A stretch of DNA of 32,000 bases from Clostridium cellulovorans 743B (GCF_000145275.1 NC_014393.1:1119367-1151366); one strand, 5' to 3'. Shown: positions 1-9,198, counted from the first letter of the stretch. Notes: generated from the letters alone by a model not told the origin. A program made the numbers and translations.

Positions 1-1893
1 GAGGACATTGAGTTAATAGAGCCTTGGATTAAAGAGGAAGATAGAGCAAGTCGTGCTCAAAAAACACAAACAGCTTCAATACAAAATGGTGAGATTATTG
101 CTGTCTTTAATGGAGAAGGCTGGCTTACTTTCAAAAATAGTGATGGTAAAATACTTACCGAAGAATACTGGAGAGATAGAAATCGTATTGATAGGTATTG
201 TGTTCCACTTCGTGTTGAAGCAAGGGAATTAAAGCCTATTACTGGAACCAGTGATTACAGCTTAACTCTTCGTTTTGAAGCTTATGAGGATGAAAAAATC
301 TTTGGGCTTGGTCAATACCAAGAAAAAGTTTTAAATAAAAAGGGCGCAACTTTAGAATTAGCACACCGTAACTGTCAAGCTAGTGTACCATTTATGATGT
401 CAAGCCGTGGCTATGGTTTCTTGTGGAATAATCCTGCTATTGGAACTGTAACCTTTGGAACAAATCGTACTGAGTGGTCTGCAAAGAGTACTAAAAAATT
501 AGATTACTTCATTACTGCTGGTAAAACACCTGCTCAAATTGAAGAGCAATATGCAAATGCAGTTGGAAAAGCTCCTATGATGCCTGAGTATGGGCTAGGT
601 TTTTGGCAATGTAAGCTTAGATATCGCAATCAAGAAGAATTGATTAATGTTGCTAGAGAATATAAGCGCCGTGGCATTCCAGTAGATGTGATAGTTATAG
701 ACTTCTTCCACTGGACAAGACAAGGAGATTTCAAATTTGAACCAAGAGACTGGCCAAATCCTGATGCAATGATAGCAGAATTAAAGGAAATGGGTACTGA
801 ACTTATGGTATCTGTATGGCCAACAATTGATAGCCGTTCTGAGAATTATGGAAAAATGGCTAGTGAAGGATATTTAATCTCCGCTGATAGAGGTTTGAAT
901 ATCAATATGAACTGGATGGGGGAAACAGTATTCTTTGATGCTACACATCCAGGGGCAAGAGATTTTGTATGGCAAGTTTCTAAGAAAAATTATTATGATA
1001 AAGGTGTTCGTATCTTCTGGTTAGATGAAGCAGAACCAGAGTATGGACCTTATGATTTTGATAACTATAGATACTATCAAGGTCCTGCACTACAATGCAC
1101 TAATATATATCCTGCTATGTACGCAAAAGGTTATTATGACGGAATGGTTGCAGAAGGACAAGAAAATGTATGTAACTTAGTTCGATCTGCTTGGGTTGGC
1201 AGTCAAAGATATGGTGCACTTATATGGTCAGGAGATGTTTCTTCCACTTTTAGAGCAATGAGAGAACAATTGCAAATCGGTCTTAACATGGGTATCGCAG
1301 GTATTCCATGGTGGACAACAGATATCGGAGGCTTCTTAGGTGGATATGTAGAGGATAAGAATTTCCACGAATTATTACTTCGTTGGTTTGCTTTTGGAGT
1401 ATTCTCACCAGTATTCCGTCTTCATGGAGAACGTGTTCCTCATATTGAACCAGAACAAGCAGTTATTGATGGTGTAGCTCAAATGATGACAGGCAGTGCT
1501 AATGAAATCTGGAGCTATGGTGAACAAAACTATGAGGTTATGAAAAATTACATCGATATGAGAGAAAGACTTCGCCCATATGTTAGAGAATGTATGAAGG
1601 AAGCTCATGAAAAGGGAACTCCAGTTATGAGAACTATGTTCTATGAATTCCCAGAGGATTCTGCTTGCTGGACTGCTGATACACAATATATGTTTGGGCC
1701 TGATATTTTAGTAGCACCTATATTAGAATTAGGTGAAAGAAGTAGAGAAGTATATCTTCCTAAAAATCAACTTTGGAAGAATCCTAAGACTAATGAAGTT
1801 TTTGAGGGTGGGCAAACAATCACTGTTGATGCTCCAATCAATGAGATTCCTTTATTTATGAGAGCGGAAAAGGAACATCCTATATATTTATAA
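1..1893 (+). CDS. Glycoside hydrolase family 31 (alpha-xylosidase/alpha-glucosidase-like), 5'-truncated by the window edge
   Basis: Frame 1 has no stop from nt 1 into the 394..1893 ORF, so the gene starts upstream of the window. GH31-like motifs are present: FWLDEAEPE (nucleophile region), IWSGDVSS, WWTTDIGGF. Confidence 0.85.
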   Translation, partial: EDIELIEPWIKEEDRASRAQKTQTASIQNGEIIAVFNGEGWLTFKNSDGKILTEEYWRDRNRIDRYCVPLRVEARELKPITGTSDYSLTLRFEAYEDEKIFGLGQYQEKVLNKKGATLELAHRNCQASVPFMMSSRGYGFLWNNPAIGTVTFGTNRTEWSAKSTKKLDYFITAGKTPAQIEEQYANAVGKAPMMPEYGLGFWQCKLRYRNQEELINVAREYKRRGIPVDVIVIDFFHWTRQGDFKFEPRDWPNPDAMIAELKEMGTELMVSVWPTIDSRSENYGKMASEGYLISADRGLNINMNWMGETVFFDATHPGARDFVWQVSKKNYYDKGVRIFWLDEAEPEYGPYDFDNYRYYQGPALQCTNIYPAMYAKGYYDGMVAEGQENVCNLVRSAWVGSQRYGALIWSGDVSSTFRAMREQLQIGLNMGIAGIPWWTTDIGGFLGGYVEDKNFHELLLRWFAFGVFSPVFRLHGERVPHIEPEQAVIDGVAQMMTGSANEIWSYGEQNYEVMKNYIDMRERLRPYVRECMKEAHEKGTPVMRTMFYEFPEDSACWTADTQYMFGPDILVAPILELGERSREVYLPKNQLWKNPKTNEVFEGGQTITVDAPINEIPLFMRAEKEHPIYL

Positions 1894-1952
1894 ATTTCAT
1901 GGTGAGCCTAGAAAACAAAGCTATATTTGATATGTTTATAAGTTTTATATTG

Positions 1953-1982
1953 AAACCCTCGATGGATGCGTCGGGGGTTTTT
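1953..1982 (+). terminator. Rho-independent terminator after the GH31 gene
   Basis: CCCTCGA (1956..1962) pairs with TCGGGGG (1971..1977) with one mismatch, followed by TTTTT (1978..1982). Confidence 0.7.
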
Positions 1983-2027
1983 AACATAAAATTTTAAAAT
2001 TAATTGTAATTAGTTTGTTTTGTATCT

Positions 2028-2049
2028 ATTTTACAACTATTTTACAACT
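2028..2049. promoter_or_regulatory. Perfect tandem 11-bp repeat ATTTTACAACT x2, candidate OmpR-family response-regulator site
   Basis: Identical 11-mers at 2028..2038 and 2039..2049. On the minus strand this reads TGTAAA-N5-TGTAAA. It lies just upstream of a TATAAT at 2067..2072 and of the RR gene. Confidence 0.55.
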
Positions 2050-2131
2050 AATTTGAAAGATTATTATATAATGGATATATGAATTAACATTCATTGAATA
2101 GATATTAAGTTGCTGTACTAGGGGGATAAAA

Positions 2132-2788
2132 TTGAAAATAAATATTTTAATCATAGAAGACGAAGAAGCAATTTCTAATTTAATAAAGATAAACTTGACT
2201 ATGGCTGGTTATGAAAGTCGGCAAGTATTTGATGGCTTGGAAGCTTTAAACTTGCTTAAAGAAGAATCTTTTGATCTGATACTCATGGATATTATGCTGC
2301 CAGGGATGGATGGTTTTGAATTAATGAAAAGAATAAAAGACTTAAATATACCAGTTATATTTCTTACAGCTAAAAATGGACTAGCAGATAAGGTGAATGG
2401 ACTTAAAGCTGGTGCTGAAGACTATATTGTTAAACCATTTGAAACAGTTGAACTATTGGCAAGGATTGAAGTAGTCTTAAGACGATATTCTAAAAATAGT
2501 AATTGTATAGAATTTAAAAGCTTGCAGATATATGAAGATAAAAGGATTATAAAAAAAGATGAAGAGACGATAGAACTCACTTTAAAGGAATTTGAACTTA
2601 TGCTTTTACTTGTGAAAAATAAAAATATAGCTTTATCAAGAGAATATTTACTAGAAAAAATATGGGGTTATGAATATATGGGAGAAACAAGAACAATAGA
2701 TACTCATATTCAAAAGGTAAGAAAAAAGCTTAATATTGCAGATAACATAAAAACTGTATATAAAATTGGATACAGATTAGAGGAGTAA
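2132..2788 (+). CDS. OmpR/PhoB-family response regulator (receiver plus winged-helix)
   Basis: TTG start 6 nt after GGGGGA (2121..2126). Receiver motifs IIEDEE, LILMDIMLPGMDG, KAGAEDYIVKPF. C-terminal trans_reg_C-like segment (LTLKEFELMLLL, RTIDTHIQKVRKKL, YKIGYRL). Confidence 0.9.
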   Translation: MKINILIIEDEEAISNLIKINLTMAGYESRQVFDGLEALNLLKEESFDLILMDIMLPGMDGFELMKRIKDLNIPVIFLTAKNGLADKVNGLKAGAEDYIVKPFETVELLARIEVVLRRYSKNSNCIEFKSLQIYEDKRIIKKDEETIELTLKEFELMLLLVKNKNIALSREYLLEKIWGYEYMGETRTIDTHIQKVRKKLNIADNIKTVYKIGYRLEE

Positions 2789-2793
2789 TAGAT

Positions 2794-4221
2794 ATGAAGC
2801 TTTGGCTGAAAATATATCTTTTTTCTTTACTATTACTTATATTTACTTTAAACATAACTGGATTTGGATTGATACAAAAACTTCATAATAATCTATTAGA
2901 AAAAGAAGTTGAGAAGTGTATTTCAGAACAAAAATTTGCTTCTAGAGAATTAAGAGGTAATTCTAGATCTTTACAAAAAAACTATACAGATGTATCTCCT
3001 GATATAAATAACTTAATAAGTACTTTAATTAGTGAATATACTAGTTCCATTGACTATGAAGCTGGGCAGCATGGGGAGATACAAATTTTAGACAAGCAGA
3101 ATAAAATACTATACTCCGATGTAGAGTTTCCAGTTTCAAGCGAAAAGAAAGAATTGGAAAATCTTTCTTTAGGAACATTCAATTACATTATAAGAACATT
3201 GAATGACAAGCAGTATTTATATATCAGTAGTTTAGTCAAGGTATATAATATTCCAGTAAAAATACACTATGCTAAGGATATTTCAAATATATACATTGAA
3301 AAAATCAATTACTATACTCTTTTTGTAAAATTAGATATTTTAATTTGTTCTATTTTTGCTGTATTTATGTTTTTTATAAGTAGGTTGATAACAAAACCAA
3401 TAAATACTCTAATAGATTCCACTCAAAAAATATCTTTAGGTCAGTATTCTGAAAGGTTAAGAATAAAATCAAAGGATGAATTTAATGTTCTTTCAGGTCA
3501 TTTTAATCTAATGGCTCAAACAGTAGAAGATAAAATAAATGAACTAGAAGTATCTAATATTGAAAAAGAAACCTTCATAAATAATTTAACTCATGAACTT
3601 AAGACGCCTTTAACTTCTATAATTGGATATGCTAATTTAATAAGAACATCAAAATATAATGAAGAGTTATTTTTTCAAGCAACGGATTACATTTATAAAG
3701 AGGGAAAAAGACTTGAGCAAATGTCTTTTAAGTTGATGGATTTAATCTACGCAAAGACTCAGGATGTTAAATTAACACCTGAAAAAATAATGCCAATAAT
3801 AGTTGAAGCTGAAAAGGCACTGCTTGTGAAACTTAAGGATAAAAATATAGATTTAATTATTGAAGGGGAAGATTGTATATTAGATATGGACAAAGATTTG
3901 CTTAAGATGGCATTGTGTAATTTAGTGGAGAATGCTATAAAAGCATCTACTAATAATTCTAAAATATATTTAAAAGTATCTGATTCACATAATAAAACCT
4001 CCATATCTATAGTGGATTGGGGCTCAGGAATGGATAAAGAACATCTGGATAAGATATGGCAGCCTTTTTATGTAGTTGATAAAGCAAGATGCAGAAAAAA
4101 CAATGGAGCAGGTATTGGTCTTTCCATATGCAAAAAAATAGCAGAAGTACATAGTGCAGATATTATAATAAATAGTCAATTAGGCAGAGGCACAGAAGTA
4201 ACCATAATTTTTAGTAGATAG
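2794..4221 (+). CDS. Sensor histidine kinase (2 TM, HAMP, HisKA, HATPase_c)
   Basis: H-box LTHELKTPLTSIIGYANLI, N-box NLVENAIKAS, G-boxes DWGSGM and GAGIGLSICKKI. Starts 6 nt after the RR stop, so the two genes form an operon. Confidence 0.9.
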   Translation: MKLWLKIYLFSLLLLIFTLNITGFGLIQKLHNNLLEKEVEKCISEQKFASRELRGNSRSLQKNYTDVSPDINNLISTLISEYTSSIDYEAGQHGEIQILDKQNKILYSDVEFPVSSEKKELENLSLGTFNYIIRTLNDKQYLYISSLVKVYNIPVKIHYAKDISNIYIEKINYYTLFVKLDILICSIFAVFMFFISRLITKPINTLIDSTQKISLGQYSERLRIKSKDEFNVLSGHFNLMAQTVEDKINELEVSNIEKETFINNLTHELKTPLTSIIGYANLIRTSKYNEELFFQATDYIYKEGKRLEQMSFKLMDLIYAKTQDVKLTPEKIMPIIVEAEKALLVKLKDKNIDLIIEGEDCILDMDKDLLKMALCNLVENAIKASTNNSKIYLKVSDSHNKTSISIVDWGSGMDKEHLDKIWQPFYVVDKARCRKNNGAGIGLSICKKIAEVHSADIIINSQLGRGTEVTIIFSR

Positions 4222-4227
4222 ATTAAA

Positions 4228-4249
4228 GTTTACAACTACTTTACAAGTG
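4228..4249. promoter_or_regulatory. Second copy of the TTTACAA direct repeat (GTTTACAACTA / CTTTACAAGTG)
   Basis: Same 11-bp phasing as 2028..2049. The minus strand reads TGTAAA-N5-TGTAAA. It lies between the kinase stop and the 4333 ORF, upstream of TATACT (4277..4282). Confidence 0.5.
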
Positions 4250-4332
4250 GAATAAACTTCTGAGACATCTAAATTTTATACTTAAAGAGTGGTAAGTATT
4301 TACACACAATAAAAGTATATGGAGGAATTATT

Positions 4333-5145
4333 ATGAGTTCTAAAAAAGTAATGGCAGTATTATTAGCTGTAGGAGTGGTAGCATCTACTTCTGCTATGGT
4401 TAGCAAAATCAATATTAAAGAGGTTTTTGCAGAAAGTATAAAACAAAATGTTGTATATACTAAAGAAGATACTACAACAGCTTCTCAAGATGATGGTACA
4501 GGGAAAGTAACTGGTGCTGAGGAGGAAGTCTATAAAGAAAGAACTTTAGATATTCTAAAAAATTATTTTAACATATCAGTTGAAGAAAATGAAAATTTCA
4601 AGTTTAGTGCATGTATATTAAATGAAAAAACTTTAGATGTAATACAGTTAAAAGAACAAGAATGGGTGCAGGAAGCATATGACAAGAAGGAGATTTCTAA
4701 GGAAGAATATGATAAACGAATGGCTGACATTGAAAGAAATTATAATGGACTCAAAGAGAGAGTAAAAAAATTAAAACATGGACTGGTTCAAGCTACATGG
4801 TTTGGTGAAAATAAATGCTATATGTTTGACTTTAATGAAAATACAAAGGAAGTAGACTTTGTAATGGTTAATGAAGGTAATCCAGCAGAATCAGATGTTC
4901 CATTAACAATTAGTGAAGAGCAATTAAAAAATACAGCTGAGGATTTCATTAAGCAAAATAAGTTAGCAGATATAGAAAAACCTAAATGTATATTTGTAAA
5001 AGGAAAGCATATTTTCTATGAAGATGAAAATGATTCAGCTAAAAAAGCAGAGATAAGCATTAATCCATTTACAGGTAAGGTATGGAGCTTTGCAGTAAAA
5101 GGATATGCAGATTTAGAGTATAATACGGCAATTAATAAAAAATAA
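4333..5145 (+). CDS. Secreted hypothetical protein, possibly PepSY-like at the C-terminus
   Basis: RBS GGAGG upstream of the ATG. N-terminal signal peptide MSSKKVMAVLLAVGVVASTSAMV. The C-terminal segment (AEDFIKQNKL...INPFTGKVWSF) resembles PepSY-type domains. The function is not established. Confidence 0.75.
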   Translation: MSSKKVMAVLLAVGVVASTSAMVSKINIKEVFAESIKQNVVYTKEDTTTASQDDGTGKVTGAEEEVYKERTLDILKNYFNISVEENENFKFSACILNEKTLDVIQLKEQEWVQEAYDKKEISKEEYDKRMADIERNYNGLKERVKKLKHGLVQATWFGENKCYMFDFNENTKEVDFVMVNEGNPAESDVPLTISEEQLKNTAEDFIKQNKLADIEKPKCIFVKGKHIFYEDENDSAKKAEISINPFTGKVWSFAVKGYADLEYNTAINKK

Positions 5146-5204
5146 ACAAGGTTAGTAAGAATGAAGTAATAGAGCCTTAATATAAATTATATTTAAGTAA
5201 TAGA

Positions 5205-5247
5205 GGAGAACCAAGTTCTGATGAAAGAGGTTTTCCTTATTTTTTTG
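5205..5247 (+). terminator. Putative rho-independent terminator
   Basis: GGAGAACC (5205..5212) pairs with GGTTTTCC (5229..5236) including one G-U, followed by TTATTTTTTT. Confidence 0.5.
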
Positions 5248-5511
5248 TTTGAAGAGGCGTGTTAATGATAAATCTTAGCATAAACGATAGAGAGTTGTAC
5301 TATTAGTCATTGATTTTATTTTGATAAGTCTGTTTTTATAAGTAACAATGACATACCAAAAGTAATAATGTATTTACAAAATATGTTACAATAAAATTAG
5401 GAAGATATTTTAGTAATAGAAAAATAGTAGTTTGCAATGGGGATTATTACTTGAATAATGGGAGGCAATAATTTGATAGATAAAGGCTAAATAATAGGAA
5501 TAAATACTCAA

Positions 5512-6157
5512 GTGTGTGAAGAGGCTGAAGTTATTGAATCTACACTTAATTCAAGGGTTTTTGTTGATAAATATACAAGAATTGAACACAGTGAATTAGG
5601 AGAAAAATTAAGGATAGAACGTAATAATCAAATTGTGTATTCATATAGGGGCAGATATTGCTATACAGGTGCAAATACAGTTATAAAGAATGCTCGTCTT
5701 GAAAGTTTTGTTTCAATAGCATGGAATGTTAGTATTGGTGGAAATACACATGATTTAAATCATATTACAACCCATAGTTTTCTTGTATACCCAAAATGGG
5801 AGATGGGAGATGGGAGGAAACGGAAACTGGAAATCGGCATCTGATGAATGTGAAATTGGGAATGATGTATGGATTGGTGCTGGAGCTAATATTTTAAGAG
5901 GAGTAACCATTGGGAATGGAGCAGTAATTGGAGCTTCAAGTGTAGTTACGAAAGATGTACCACCATATGCAATTGTAGTAGGTAATCCGGCAAAAATAGT
6001 GCGTTTACGATGCAAAGAAGAATGGATTGAGCGGTTGCAAAAGTTAAAGTGGTGGGAGTTACCAGAGGAAGTTATTCGTAATAATCTAGATCTTTTTAAA
6101 GAAGCGTTAACGAATGATGTAATAGAAAAGATTGAAAATATAAAAGCAAATCTCTAA
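5512..6157 (+). pseudogene. Hexapeptide-repeat xenobiotic acyltransferase (Vat/CatB-like), frameshifted
   Basis: ORFs 5512..5844 and 5783..6157 overlap in different frames. Together they give one XAT-like protein ([15 protein letters not shown] / [52 protein letters not shown]). The 5' end is uncertain (GTG start, no clear RBS). Confidence 0.8.
5796..5816 (+). repeat. ATGGGAG x3 tandem heptamer at the frameshift point
   Basis: Read directly: units at 5796..5802, 5803..5809 and 5810..5816. Removing one unit joins ..YPKWEMG to [21 protein letters not shown] in a single frame. Confidence 0.9.
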
Positions 6158-6204
6158 CGAGGTATAAACAATATATAATAAAAACGAGATATGGAGTGAG
6201 ATAT

Positions 6205-6786
6205 ATGAAAATATTATTGCTATGTGCAAAAGCATTTGAAACATTAGAATTTAGTGCATTTATTGATGTGATGGGTTGGGCGAGAGAAGACTATAAATGC
6301 AACATTTCAATTGATATATGTGGGTTTGAAAAAATCGTTACTAGTACTTTTGGTGTCTCTGTAATGATGGATGTCCTTATAGATGATATTAACGTTGAGG
6401 AGTATGATGCATTAGCAATACCAGGTGGATTTAGAGAATTTGGATTTAATGAGGAAGCCCTTGATGTTAGAACTTTAGATTTGATAAAAAAATTTGACTA
6501 TTATGAAAAGCCTATTGCAAGCGTCTGCGTTGCTGCATTTGCTTTGGCTGAGAGTGGAGTACTTAAAGGCAGAAATGCAACAACATATCATCTAGATAAT
6601 GGGAAGACTCAAGGAGAACTTGCTAAGTATGGTATTAATATTATAAATAAACCAGTTGTTATTGATAAAAACATTATCACATCATATTGTCCTGAGACAG
6701 CTCCTGAGGTGGCATTCAAGTTATTAGAGATGTTAACTAATACAGAAAAAATGCAACAAGTAAAAGGAGCCATGGGTTATAATTAA
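6205..6786 (+). CDS. DJ-1/PfpI family protein
   Basis: ATG at 6205 lies 8 nt after GGAG (6193..6196). Motifs AIPGG and the nucleophile-elbow-like IASVCVAAFAL. The ORF track start at 6196 is probably too far upstream. Confidence 0.8.
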   Translation: MKILLLCAKAFETLEFSAFIDVMGWAREDYKCNISIDICGFEKIVTSTFGVSVMMDVLIDDINVEEYDALAIPGGFREFGFNEEALDVRTLDLIKKFDYYEKPIASVCVAAFALAESGVLKGRNATTYHLDNGKTQGELAKYGINIINKPVVIDKNIITSYCPETAPEVAFKLLEMLTNTEKMQQVKGAMGYN

Positions 6787-6806
6787 AAATTAGTGGATGA
6801 AATGGA

Positions 6807-7418
6807 ATGAATGTCGAAATTAAAAAATTGACACCTGCTCACGTAGAAGAATATATAAATTTTTTTGACACGACGCCACATGATGACAATATTCCTGAGC
6901 ATACTTGTTATTGTGAGTGTTGGTGTAGTGCTGACCACCGTTTCGGAACAGGGATTCCATCCTGTGAAGAAAGAAGAACAATGGCTATTGAATATGTTAA
7001 GAGCGGAAAAATACAAGGATATTTAGCATATTTTGACGATCGTATCGTTGGTTGGTGTAACGCAAATACAAAAACAGAATGTTTGAACTGTATCGGTTGG
7101 TATCGTTTTATGCCCCAAGTAAATGAATTGGATATTGAACCAAATGATAAAGTAAAATCTATATATTATTTTCTTGTTGAACCTGATATGAAAAGAAAAG
7201 TAATAGCAAAACAATTATTTCAATATGCTTGAGAAGAGGCGGCGAAAGATGGTTTTGATTATGTTGAAGTATATCTCGAAAAAGAAGCTACAGATGAACT
7301 TAAATATTTTATGGGATTTGTTGAGATGTATAAAAACTTCGGCTTTACTATTCATGCAGAAATAGAACAAAAATTTGTAATGAGAAAACAACTAAAGATC
7401 ACCACAGTATCAGAATAA
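6807..7418 (+). pseudogene. GNAT-family N-acetyltransferase interrupted by an in-frame TGA (7230..7232)
   Basis: The same frame continues after the TGA as EEAAKDGFDYVEVYLEKE..FVEMYKNFGFTIHAE to TAA at 7416..7418, a typical GNAT C-terminus. The motif-A-like segment reads RKVIAKQ, where G would be expected. Confidence 0.75.
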
Positions 7419-7492
7419 TTTGAAGTTATATTTATGGATAAATTTTAATTTAAGATTGAGTACTTTCAATAGTAATATGGAGATAGATTTAA

Positions 7493-7706
7493 ATGAATAA
7501 TAAGAGAATGAATAATAAGAGAAATTCAACAATATGGGGAATAAGTTACTTATTATTGGAATTGTAACTGTGATAAATGCTTTTTTTCACTTCTTGGAAT
7601 TGAGTTACCAGATAAATTAGTAAGGTTAGTGGGGATTATAATGATTGTTGTTCTTCCTGTTATTGTGTATAGTTTTGTAAAAGTATTAAAGAATGGTAAA
7701 AGCTAA
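7493..7706 (+). pseudogene. Fragmented small two-TM membrane protein gene (three short ORFs in three frames)
   Basis: GGAGA RBS at 7479..7483 with ATG at 7493. The ORFs 7493..7567, 7534..7620 and 7629..7706 read as one hydrophobic protein if frames are joined at a GGGG run and at a T7 run (7581..7587). A 15-bp tandem duplication ATGAATAATAAGAGA sits at the start. Confidence 0.4.
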
Positions 7707-7774
7707 ATCCCCAATTTGTATTATTCAGGCTAAAAATTTAAATAAAAAAGTTTATTATGTGAATTTAAGAGATG

Positions 7775-7815
7775 AAAGCACTGATTCTGTTTCGAATGAG
7801 TGCTTTTTCTCTTTG
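7775..7815 (+). terminator. Rho-independent terminator between convergent genes
   Basis: AAAGCACTGATTC pairs with GAATGAGTGCTTT (12 bp, one mismatch), followed by TTTTCTCTTT. Confidence 0.7.
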
Positions 7816-7869
7816 TATATATGAATGACAAGAAAAGTAATCTTGATAATTTGAGCATATTTTCAGGTC

Positions 7870-8943
7870 TTAGTCAGTTTTAGGTATAGATTTAAGGGTA
7901 TATTCTTCGAAGGGAGCAGATATTATAATACCTGATGAATCAAGTTTATAATTTGTTCCTTCAGTAATCTTTTTTTCATTAACTAAATTCATGCCAACAG
8001 TGTAAATAGTGTCTGCTAGAATTCGAGGATTATGAAAAACAGAACCAAGCATAAAACCTTTCTTAATTAATTCTTGAGCTTCTGGCAAAGCATCGATGCC
8101 AACCACAGGAATAGTTTTTGATTTATTTCCTTTATTATAACCATACTTTTGTAGACCTTCTATGGCTCCAATAGCGAGAGTATCATTGTTTGCAATGATT
8201 GCTTCAATTTTAGGACCATATCTTAAAAATAATGAAGTAATAGCATCTTTTGCTGTTTCTCTATTCCAATTACAAACTACTGTTGAAAGTTCATCGGTTT
8301 GTATTCCAGCGTTCTTAATTGTTTCTAGTGAATATTTTGTTCTTGTATCACTTAATGTACTATCTTTTTTTCCTTTTAACATAACATATTGAAGAATATT
8401 ATCTCCATTTTTATCCATGATTTTCTTGTTTGTTTTCCATTCATCAACAATTATTTGTCCTTCTAGTACAGGAGGGTCTTTTAGAGCTGCTGCTATAATA
8501 GCAATTTTTGAATAACTTTTCATAATATCTAAATTTGGAATAGTGGAAAGAAATAGAATTAATGCGATATTTTTTTGTTTGGCTCTATAAATAATATCTT
8601 CTAATATTTCTTGTTTGCTTTCAAAGATATTTAAAAATATAAGATCAAAATTTTTATTAATCATTTCATCCATAAGTTGATATTGTATAGCTGAATTTGC
8701 TTTCCCATCAAAAAAAGTAAATTCAACTTTGTCTGTATTCTCTTTTTCAATGTCTTCTAAACTTTTTTTTAGCAAGGAAAGATACATTTCTTCAAAGGAA
8801 TATAATAATATTCCTACTTTGATTGGATTTTTTGTACTAACATTTGAAGAAACTTTTATTGTTTTTAAGCCACAACTTGTTAGTGTAACAATAATAAAAA
8901 TTAAAGTAATAGTAAGTGTTAGAGTTCTTTTTAATAAATTCAT
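7870..8943 (-). CDS. Sugar-binding lipoprotein of the periplasmic-binding-protein (ribose/galactose, LacI-type) fold
   Basis: Lipobox LTSC after a hydrophobic N-terminus. PBP type I-like blocks (KVGILLYSF.., IANNDTLAIGAIEGL, VVGIDALPEA). No permease or ATPase gene is adjacent. Confidence 0.8.
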   Translation of the reverse strand: MNLLKRTLTLTITLIFIIVTLTSCGLKTIKVSSNVSTKNPIKVGILLYSFEEMYLSLLKKSLEDIEKENTDKVEFTFFDGKANSAIQYQLMDEMINKNFDLIFLNIFESKQEILEDIIYRAKQKNIALILFLSTIPNLDIMKSYSKIAIIAAALKDPPVLEGQIIVDEWKTNKKIMDKNGDNILQYVMLKGKKDSTLSDTRTKYSLETIKNAGIQTDELSTVVCNWNRETAKDAITSLFLRYGPKIEAIIANNDTLAIGAIEGLQKYGYNKGNKSKTIPVVGIDALPEAQELIKKGFMLGSVFHNPRILADTIYTVGMNLVNEKKITEGTNYKLDSSGIIISAPFEEYTLKSIPKTD

Positions 8944-9140
8944 TTTTACCTCACATAATTATCTTCTGGATTATTTCTTAGATTAATTCTTGAATAGTTA
9001 GATTATGAAGATTAATATCAAATATTCGTTTGCCTATGCAAAGCAACTCTCTATACAATGATAGATTTAGTATAAGAAAATAACTTTTAGATTATTCTTA
9101 ACAATTGAAGTTTCTATTGTGGATAAATTATAATAGAGAA

Positions 9141-9171
9141 GGCGTTGAGTTTTTGGCTCACCGCTTTTTTT
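9141..9171 (+). terminator. Orphan terminator-like hairpin in the divergent intergenic region
   Basis: GCGTTGAG (9142..9149) pairs with CTCACCGC (9157..9164) at 7 of 8 bp, followed by a T7 run (9165..9171). No plus-strand gene lies upstream. Confidence 0.35.
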
Positions 9172-9174
9172 ATA

Positions 9175-9198
9175 TACAATTGCCCAAAGGTACAATTG
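9175..9198. promoter_or_regulatory. TACAATTG-CCCAAAGG-TACAATTG motif (shared with 12271..12309)
   Basis: The 18-mer TGCCCAAAGGTACAATTG at 9181..9198 is identical to 12292..12309. TACAATTG also occurs at 9175..9182. Confidence 0.45.

Noticed and set aside
5783-6157. The 124-aa ORF as an independent small acetyltransferase gene.
   Set aside because: It lacks the N-terminal half of the hexapeptide-transferase fold. That half is encoded immediately upstream in another frame, and the two are joined exactly at the ATGGGAG triplication, so it is called one frameshifted gene.
7230-7232. TGA in the GNAT gene as a selenocysteine or programmed read-through codon.
   Set aside because: No stem-loop resembling a bacterial SECIS follows the codon. 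GNAT enzymes are not known selenoproteins, and neighbouring genes are also damaged, so a nonsense mutation is the simpler reading.
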